From an uncultured Pseudomonadota bacterium (lineage in GTDB: Bacteria; Oederibacteriota; Muellerivitia; Muellerivitales; Muellerivitaceae): a stretch of 64,000 bases of DNA. The stretch spans positions 736,001-800,000 of the forward strand of contig CAWIIP010000002.1 of assembly GCA_963836235.1 (NCBI GenBank). Reading direction: 5' to 3'. The notes below the pieces were generated by a model. The model made no database searches. It was not told the origin of the DNA and worked only from the letters and a program-made list of their open reading frames with translations. The stretch's first letter is position 1. Each line of letters opens with the position of its first letter. Positions 57,207-64,000 of the stretch are shown here, piece by piece. The translations under genes and the position numbers were made by a program.

Positions 57207-60200
57207 TTAGTGAACGACCAGCAGTTTGAGGGTTTGACGGCCCATAAGGCCTCCCCCGTTCGGGTTCGTTAATTCCACCACCGCCAGGTAGACGCCGCTG
57301 GCCACATGGGAAGCGTCCCAGGAAACAAGGCCGGTTCCGGCGTCGCCGCTATTCACTTGGACCAATTCCCCCGCAAGCGTGTAAATGGACACCTGTAAGG
57401 TCAGGCTCAAGGACGAGTTAGTGTGGAAGGTCGTCGTCATTGATCCCTTGGAAGCGTTCAACACATTGGGCCAAGCCGTCACCACGCCCATCCCGCTGGC
57501 CGTATTGCGGTCTTCCACCGAAACTTCCTTAATCACCGTGGTTTCCCCGCCGCTCCCGTCCACCGTATGCACTTCCACCAGGTACTGCCCGCTTTGCACA
57601 TAGGAGCCGTCGTCGCTGGTCCCGTTCCATACCATCGTCGTTCCGTTGCTCAGCGTGATCGTCAACTGACTGGGCGCGCCGGGGCTGGGCGCCAGTCCAG
57701 GTTCGATGACGGTGGAAGACAGGTTCACCGAGGCTACCCCCACCTGGCCGGGATCGTCAGTATAGGCATAAAGGTGCTTCACCACTTCCCCCGCCTCGTT
57801 ATAAATGAGGATGGTCGAGGTATAGAGCGTCCGGTTGACCATCACCTCCTGGGTCGTGCTCACCTCGGACCCCAAACTACTGAGGCTGTCCACCTTCACG
57901 TAATAGGCCCCATTGGCCGCCAGGGTTCCACTGGAAGTCGTCCCGTTCCAACTGCCCAGGGGCATACCGTCGTAATAAATCGTCACGGCGTTATTGGGCC
58001 CGTTCAGGCTGGTGATGGCGTTGCTGGACGCAAGCGTGATGTTCTCGACCGGTTGGGATAGTTGTTCCGTCAGGATCGTATCCACCAACTCACCCGCTTC
58101 GTTGTAAACCCCGATTTTGACCGAGTATTGGCCCGTCACCAGCACGCTCACGCTGGCCGTGACGGGAGCCCCTTCCGCATAGATCAATAGGGCGTTATTG
58201 GTGATGGTACTTCCGGAGGTCAGAAGGTTATTCAATTGTGCCTGGTAGACCAGCTGGTAATTCCCAGTCGCAAGGGGCGAGGGTAAAGTCCAAGTCAATA
58301 AGCTCCCAGCTGAGCTGGTGGCGGTTCCAGGCGGGCTGGAGACGAAATCAACAAAGGTTTCACTGGCAGGCAAAGGGTCGTTTACTACTAAGTTCTGGGC
58401 GCTGTTGCCCGTAACCACCAAGTTAAGGGTATAAGTCAAGGTGTTGCCCGATTGGGCCGAGGTGGCGGTAACCTGCTTGTTCATCGAAACCGAAGTCGGG
58501 GGTGTGGGAGTGGCGGTGTAAGTAGGGGTCAATGTCGGGGTAGTGGTTGAAGTGTTGGTCGGGGTCAATGTCGCGGTCCTGGTCGAAGTGTTGGTGGCGC
58601 TATTGGTCGCGGTAAAGGTCGCGGTCGCGGTGCGGCTATTGGTAGGCGAACTGGTGGGAGTGGCGGTAGCCGTGTTGGTGGTCGTGGAAGTGGGGGTATA
58701 GGTGGGAGTATCCGTGGCGGTGTTCGCCAAAGTGTTCGTGGCTGTGGCGGTGGGCGTATTGGTCAAGGAGTTCGTCGGAGTGTTCGTAGCGGTATCCGTG
58801 GCGGTATTGGCCAAAGTGTTCGTCGCCGTGGCGGTGGCCGTATTAGTCGGGGTGCCTGTCGCTGTGTTCGTTGGAGTGTTCGTGGCGGTGTTCGCCAAAG
58901 TATTCGTGGCTGTGGCGGTGGCGGTATTGGTCGGAGTGCCTGTCGCTGTGTTCGTTGGAGTGTTCGTGGCGCTATTCGCCAGGGTTTCCGTAGGGGTGAA
59001 AGTAGCCGTATTGCTGGGCGTGGCGGTCGAGGTATTAGTCGGGGTATTGGTGGCGGTGTTCGCCAAAGTGTTCGTTGGCGTGTTAGTGGCGGTGGAAGTT
59101 GGAGTGCGGGTGAAGGTATAGGTCGCCGTGTTCGTGAGCGTGCTGGTGGATGTGAAGGTGGGCGTGTTGGTGGGGGTACTGGTCGCTGTGGGCGTAATGA
59201 CATTGGTATTGGTCGGGGTCATCGTAATCGTGGCTGTGGCGGTGTTCGTGGGGGTATTGGTAGGTGAAGCGGTTGGGGTTTTCGTCATGGTATTGGTGAG
59301 CGTGTTGGTTTGTGTCGAAGTGGCGGTATTAGTCGGGGTGTTCGTCGCCGTGGGCGTATTGACGAAAGTATTGGTGGGCGTCGTGGTGGGAGTGTTGGTG
59401 GCCGTGGAGGTCGGCGTTTTAGTGGGGGTGATGGTGGCGGTATTGGTGGGCGTGTTCGTGAGGGTGTTGGTAATCGTAGGTGTGGGGGTTTTAGTGGGTG
59501 TGCTTGTGGCTGTTGGCGTAATGACGTTGGTGTTCGTCGGCGTCATGGTAATGGTATTGGTAGCCGTGTTCGTGGCCGTGTTCGTGGGAGTTGGGCTTGG
59601 CGTACGGGTCGGGGTGTTGGTGAGCGTGTTGGTGGCCGTAGCGGTATCAGTGTTAGTGGGGGTATTGGTCACCGTATTCGTGGGAGTATTCGTGCGCGTG
59701 GGAGTGGGCGTATTGGTAAGTGTCGGGGTGGCGGTATTGGTCGGAGTATTCGTTACCGTATTGGTAGGGGTATTCGTGCGGGTGGCAGTGGGCGTATTCG
59801 TAGCGGTATTCGTAAGCGTGTTCGCTATTGTGTTGGTGGGCGTGGGAGTCACCGTATTGGTCGGAGTGTTGGTGTGCGTGGGAGTGGGGGTGTTGGTCGC
59901 AGTATTCGTCACCGTATTGGTGGCTGTATTCGTGTGAGTGGGCGTGGGGGTGTTGGTCGGAGTGGGGGTGTACGTATTGGTTGGGGTATTGGTATTGGTT
60001 TTGGTGGGGGTATTAGTGGGCGTATTGACGACCGTATTGGTCGGAGTATTGGTTTGCGTATTGGTGGGAGTGTTAGTCCGAGTGGGGGTTTGGGTATTGG
60101 TGGGTGTGAAAGTGGGAGTCTTTGTTGGTGTGTTCGTGGGCGTATTGACGACGGTATTAGTTGGAGTGAGGGTGAAAGTGTGGGTAGGTGTATTCGTGGG

Positions 60201-61502
60201 TGTATTCGTGAATGTATTCGTGTGAGTATTGGTGTTGGTGGGGGTAGGAGTGCTGACTGGGGTTGTAGGCGTCGGTGTAGGGGTGAAAGTGCGAGTCCAA
60301 GTGGGGGTGGGCGTGTTGGTATAAGTGGGCGAATTGGTAAAAGTGAAGGTATTCGTAAAGGTGGGCGTAAAGCAGGGAATGCCGACGGTAAACTGGGCGG
60401 AAGGCCCCGCATGGCCGGCACCCCATGAAACGCTGGCATCGTCCACCACCGTCTGGCATTGGTTGTTGGGCCAATAATTCTGCACGAAAGCGAAACCGAC
60501 GGTAACGCAAGAGGAGCCCGGTAGCCCTGACGGAAAGGCTACATAGGCGGGCTGTCCCTGGCCGAATGTCGGGTCGTCACCTACTCCAAAGGTGGGACTG
60601 TAGCTCCAAGTGTAGGGATTGTTCCCAAAATTATCCCATCCAAAGCCCGAGACTTGAAAACCGGCGGTTCCATTGGCTCCCGTTCCCCAATTGTCGAAAA
60701 CCGTCACGGGGCCCGTCGTTATCGGCCCACCCGTATTGCAAACCGCCACCATGAAAGTGACGGCAATGGTATTCCCGGAAGTCACTCCACCACTGTAAGT
60801 CTTGGTGATACTAAGATTCGGGGGCCCAATGGTAGGTTCAGGGGTGGGGATGGTGGTGCATTGGCGCCAAAAAAGGGCGCCAGTGGAGGTGCCGTAGTCA
60901 CCCGAACAATTGTTGGAGGCGAAAGGAAGAGTCTTACCAGTGACCGGATTATACAATTGATTGGCCCAGGTGGAAGCCGTCACCCCGCTGGAACAATAGG
61001 CAGAACTAAAAGCGCCTCCCCCATAGGTTGGGCTGTACCAAGGATTGCCGCTGGAGTCGTTTGCGGGACCAGTGCAAGGATTACAATTGGAGGCATTGGT
61101 ATAATAATTTGAGATGCCACTTCCCGTACTGGTGATTTCAGAGTGCTGGCCGCCGGTGCAGGTAATATCCAGGTCCCAGGAGGTGAAGGTGTCTTGGGGG
61201 GCGGTATTTTGGGTGTAAATTCCCAAACAGACTTGCGCGCCCGTCAAGAGGGATGTCGATACGCTGATGCAAGTGGGACTTCCGGCTCCACCCGTTCCGG
61301 GAGCGCCGGCATAAGGAAAGGTTCCGATTAAAGTTCCGCCGACATAAGCTTGAGAAAAGTCATCGCTGGAGATACAGAGTGTCGCGGACTGAGGGGTACA
61401 TTGGGCCATAGCCTGGTTCGCGGGTATCGAAAGAAAACACAAAACCGCGAGCCCGGAAACCCAAAAACGATTTAAATTATTTTTTAATGTCTTGATGAAC
61501 AT
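57207..61502 (-). CDS. very large secreted protein: Cys-rich N-terminal domains, (Thr-X)n stalk, DUF11-like domain, three FlgD-Ig-like modules, T9SS-CTD-like end
   Basis: Signal peptide (..AMA/Q), more than 600 aa TNTPT repeats, YNEAGE(L/V)V twice, AWPN...IYTLAGELV...ASGVYL...KLLVVH; start ATG 61502. Confidence 0.88.
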   Translation of the reverse strand: MFIKTLKNNLNRFWVSGLAVLCFLSIPANQAMAQCTPQSATLCISSDDFSQAYVGGTLIGTFPYAGAPGTGGAGSPTCISVSTSLLTGAQVCLGIYTQNTAPQDTFTSWDLDITCTGGQHSEITSTGSGISNYYTNASNCNPCTGPANDSSGNPWYSPTYGGGAFSSAYCSSGVTASTWANQLYNPVTGKTLPFASNNCSGDYGTSTGALFWRQCTTIPTPEPTIGPPNLSITKTYSGGVTSGNTIAVTFMVAVCNTGGPITTGPVTVFDNWGTGANGTAGFQVSGFGWDNFGNNPYTWSYSPTFGVGDDPTFGQGQPAYVAFPSGLPGSSCVTVGFAFVQNYWPNNQCQTVVDDASVSWGAGHAGPSAQFTVGIPCFTPTFTNTFTFTNSPTYTNTPTPTWTRTFTPTPTPTTPVSTPTPTNTNTHTNTFTNTPTNTPTHTFTLTPTNTVVNTPTNTPTKTPTFTPTNTQTPTRTNTPTNTQTNTPTNTVVNTPTNTPTKTNTNTPTNTYTPTPTNTPTPTHTNTATNTVTNTATNTPTPTHTNTPTNTVTPTPTNTIANTLTNTATNTPTATRTNTPTNTVTNTPTNTATPTLTNTPTPTRTNTPTNTVTNTPTNTDTATATNTLTNTPTRTPSPTPTNTATNTATNTITMTPTNTNVITPTATSTPTKTPTPTITNTLTNTPTNTATITPTKTPTSTATNTPTTTPTNTFVNTPTATNTPTNTATSTQTNTLTNTMTKTPTASPTNTPTNTATATITMTPTNTNVITPTATSTPTNTPTFTSTSTLTNTATYTFTRTPTSTATNTPTNTLANTATNTPTNTSTATPSNTATFTPTETLANSATNTPTNTATGTPTNTATATATNTLANTATNTPTNTATGTPTNTATATATNTLANTATDTATNTPTNSLTNTPTATATNTLANTATDTPTYTPTSTTTNTATATPTSSPTNSRTATATFTATNSATNTSTRTATLTPTNTSTTTPTLTPTYTATPTPPTSVSMNKQVTATSAQSGNTLTYTLNLVVTGNSAQNLVVNDPLPASETFVDFVSSPPGTATSSAGSLLTWTLPSPLATGNYQLVYQAQLNNLLTSGSTITNNALLIYAEGAPVTASVSVLVTGQYSVKIGVYNEAGELVDTILTEQLSQPVENITLASSNAITSLNGPNNAVTIYYDGMPLGSWNGTTSSGTLAANGAYYVKVDSLSSLGSEVSTTQEVMVNRTLYTSTILIYNEAGEVVKHLYAYTDDPGQVGVASVNLSSTVIEPGLAPSPGAPSQLTITLSNGTTMVWNGTSDDGSYVQSGQYLVEVHTVDGSGGETTVIKEVSVEDRNTASGMGVVTAWPNVLNASKGSMTTTFHTNSSLSLTLQVSIYTLAGELVQVNSGDAGTGLVSWDASHVASGVYLAVVELTNPNGGGLMGRQTLKLLVVH

Positions 61503-61916
61503 TTCTTGTCTTTCTCGAAAAATAAACAACAACCGATAGTAAGCAAAACCCATCTGGCCTTCTATGATTGCCATCAGGTCACGATTTTTGAATCTTAGCT
61601 AAAGAAGTACCAAAAGCTCGAAACCGTCTATTAAACCGGTACCATTCCAAATCACTTAAAAAATACCCTCCAACCACTCAGCATTTGTGGTCGTTCAGGC
61701 GTTGGAAAACTATTACCTTATAACGATATTAACGGTCAATATTGTTCCTACTTGAGGAGTATCTCATACTTTTTTGATTTTAAAGAGGGTCTTGAACAAA
61801 AAAATAGGGGGATTTTGCCACATTATTGAGCCAAATTCCCTTTTAAGCCGGAAAGAGGTTTAAGTCTAACAAGTGGTTGCAGGGCTAAGTCCAAAGATTG
61901 AAAGCGTTGAAACCGT

Positions 61917-64000
61917 TCAGGGGTTTATCTCCGCCGACATAGCCCGAGCCTTGGCCATACATTCTTGGGCTAGGCTGGCCTGCCCAAGCGTCTCAAAGTC
62001 CTCCCCTATTTGCTGAACCCATTTGGGGTTCGTCGGATTGAGGTTCCAGGCGATTCGAAGCTCTTCCAAAGCCTTTGCCTTCAGCCCCTGAGAAATGTAA
62101 ATGTCCGCCATCTTGAGGTAATAAACCGGCTCCCGGGGATGTTGGTTGATTCCCTTCCGGTATAACTCCAAAGCCTGTTCGGATTTTCCTTCCCATTGGT
62201 AAATCGTGGCGAGATTCACGAGGTACTCGGAATTATCCGGGTCCAAGCGATGGGCTTTTTCGAAAGCCGTCCGGGCTTCCCCATACTTTTTCAAAAAACC
62301 ATAACTCACTCCCAAATTATTGTAGAACAGCGATGAACTCGGCTCGATCTGGAGGGCGGCTTGCATTTGTCCAATGGCCTCCTCATGCCGCCCTTGGCGT
62401 TCGTAAATAGTCCAAAGGCTGAGGCGAGGCAAGATGAATTGAGGATTCAGCGTCAGGGCATAGTCGAATTCCTGAACCGCTTCCGGAACCCGGTCCTTGT
62501 ACAAAAGGGCCGTTCCCAGTCCGCCGAAAGTCTCCGCCAGGGGCGGGGGAATGGCCGCGGCCCGGCTATAAGCCGCCAGCGCCTCGTCATAGCGATGGGC
62601 CTTGATATAAGCCGCCCCCAATTTGGAATAAGCGGTCGGATTTTCGTCTGGGTAAACTTGCGTCACCCTTTCCCACAAGGCCTGGGAATTTTTCCAGGTT
62701 CCGATCTGGGCCATGGTTCCCACTCCCAGAAGGGGCGTGGCCAAAAAGAGTAATGCCGCGTACAAAACCCAGTGGTAAGAAAGAAGAAATGCCACTCCCG
62801 CCGAGAAAGGCAGAAAAAAACCAAGGCTGGCCAAATAGGTATAGCGATCGGCGGCCGCTTCACTTCCCGTTTGGATGATTCCCACGACCGGCAAAAGGGT
62901 GACGACGTAAAAAAGCCAGGCTGTCAAAAGATAGGGAACCTGGCGGCGGTAACGGAATAAAAGAATGAAAATCAGAACCACCGCCGCCGCCGCGCCGAAA
63001 TTCTCCAAAAGGTAAAAATCATTCATTTCCGGGGGAAAGGGATAATAGGCCGTCAGCCCCAGGGGCCATGCCATTTTCAGCGGATAAAAAACCAGCGACC
63101 GGAAAGAATTCATCACCCAATAAAACTCGACCCCGCTCTTGGCATAGGAAAGGGTATTTTTATGCGAGACCACCGTCATTAAGACGGCTCCAAAAGCGAC
63201 GATGAAAAATGCGGTTTTCTCCCGGATGATTTTGGCCAAGCCCAATCGCCACCGGCCCAAAGGCCAACCATCGAGAATCAGGAAAACTAGGGGAAGGGTG
63301 ATGGCCATGGGTTTAGCCATCAAGGCAAGCAAGTAAAGCCCCAGACAGGCCCAGTACTTGAAACCCTTTCCTTTAAAGGAAAAAGGCTCGTCCAAATAAA
63401 GCCACAGGGCCCCCAGGTAGAAAAAAGAATAAAGCACATCCTTGCGCTCCGTGGCCCAGGCCACCGATTCCACATGGATCGGATGAAGCCCGAAAAGCAG
63501 AGCCGTCATAAAGGCGATGGGCAGGCCAAAAGCTTTGGGCCCATCGGCGTTTCCGGATACGGACTTATCGGGAAAATGCCTCATCAACCGAAAACACACC
63601 AGGAAAACCAGAACGGTATTTAATACATGGAAAAGAACATTGGTGGCATGGAACATCCGGGGGTCTAACCCGGTTAGCCGATAATTAAGGGCGAAAGAAA
63701 GCCAGGTGAGGGGTATCCAATTTCCCGTGGGGAAGGTGGTAAACATCCATCGTACCGAGTTCCAATCAAGCCGCCGGATTTGGACGTTATTCGTAATGTT
63801 GTCCATATCGTCCCAATTGACGAAATCATTTTTCAGGACCGGAAGATAAAAGAAAGCCACCGCCAGGGCCAAGAATATCGCGCAAACCCAGAGGATCTCC
63901 CGACCTCCCTGGAGAAAAGGGGGTAGTGGCGCGGTTGAAACCTTATCCAGGCTTCCCTTTTCGAGAACTTGGGCGACCTCCGCCTCGGTAAGCCCCGTTT
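61917..64000 (-). CDS. TMTC-like membrane protein O-mannosyltransferase with C-terminal TPRs; 5' end beyond window
   Basis: NDFVNWDD, HPIHVESVAWATERKD, KPMA, ADRYTY, TPR repeats; frame stays open from 63872 to the window end. Confidence 0.88.
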   Translation of the reverse strand, partial: TGLTEAEVAQVLEKGSLDKVSTAPLPPFLQGGREILWVCAIFLALAVAFFYLPVLKNDFVNWDDMDNITNNVQIRRLDWNSVRWMFTTFPTGNWIPLTWLSFALNYRLTGLDPRMFHATNVLFHVLNTVLVFLVCFRLMRHFPDKSVSGNADGPKAFGLPIAFMTALLFGLHPIHVESVAWATERKDVLYSFFYLGALWLYLDEPFSFKGKGFKYWACLGLYLLALMAKPMAITLPLVFLILDGWPLGRWRLGLAKIIREKTAFFIVAFGAVLMTVVSHKNTLSYAKSGVEFYWVMNSFRSLVFYPLKMAWPLGLTAYYPFPPEMNDFYLLENFGAAAAVVLIFILLFRYRRQVPYLLTAWLFYVVTLLPVVGIIQTGSEAAADRYTYLASLGFFLPFSAGVAFLLSYHWVLYAALLFLATPLLGVGTMAQIGTWKNSQALWERVTQVYPDENPTAYSKLGAAYIKAHRYDEALAAYSRAAAIPPPLAETFGGLGTALLYKDRVPEAVQEFDYALTLNPQFILPRLSLWTIYERQGRHEEAIGQMQAALQIEPSSSLFYNNLGVSYGFLKKYGEARTAFEKAHRLDPDNSEYLVNLATIYQWEGKSEQALELYRKGINQHPREPVYYLKMADIYISQGLKAKALEELRIAWNLNPTNPKWVQQIGEDFETLGQASLAQECMAKARAMSAEINP

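Noticed and set aside
58490-60375. Possible CRISPR array or ice-nucleation/antifreeze protein
   Set aside because: No constant repeat-spacer structure and no cas genes. TxT arrays resemble ice-binding motifs, but frequent Pro and lack of a fixed coil length argue against a beta-solenoid; not testable here
58702-60428. Val/Gly-rich and Arg/Gly-rich plus-strand ORFs
   Set aside because: Antisense frames of the Thr-stalk gene

Overview
Bacterial chromosomal window of moderate GC with about 50 genes. I found no rRNA, tRNA, CRISPR array or integrase/transposase. It is dominated by cell-envelope glycosylation genes: an asnB-like amidotransferase, three GT4, GT2, GT9, a flippase-like protein, three YfhO-like GT-C proteins, a DEPHY-motif GT-C protein, a TMTC-like TPR mannosyltransferase, UDP-glucuronate decarboxylase, FkbM and three B12-binding radical SAM enzymes. 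It also holds an Anbu/ATP-grasp/alpha-E/transglutaminase operon with a sigma54-type promoter, a heme operon (HemD-HemE fusion, HemH, HemY), lemA, dksA, bcp, ilvD, and an ROK/GH57/DUF4912/LacI cluster. Two very large secreted proteins have (Thr-X)n stalks and C-termini resembling FlgD-Ig/T9SS sorting domains. An accessory stretch at about 30.3-37.8 kb starts at a 63-bp duplicate of the 3' end of a radical SAM gene that differs only at synonymous sites. It carries a nucleotidyltransferase pair, a low-GC DUF262+HEPN defence-like pair, VapBC and small stress genes. Several families of intergenic palindromic elements are present. The best candidates for new biology are (1) a possible secretion plus O-glycosylation system for Thr-stalk surface proteins, (2) the gene-end-replacement insertion site carrying defence genes, and (3) the triple B12-radical-SAM cluster with a CX12CX2C enzyme. 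All family assignments come from motif recognition by eye; no searches were run.
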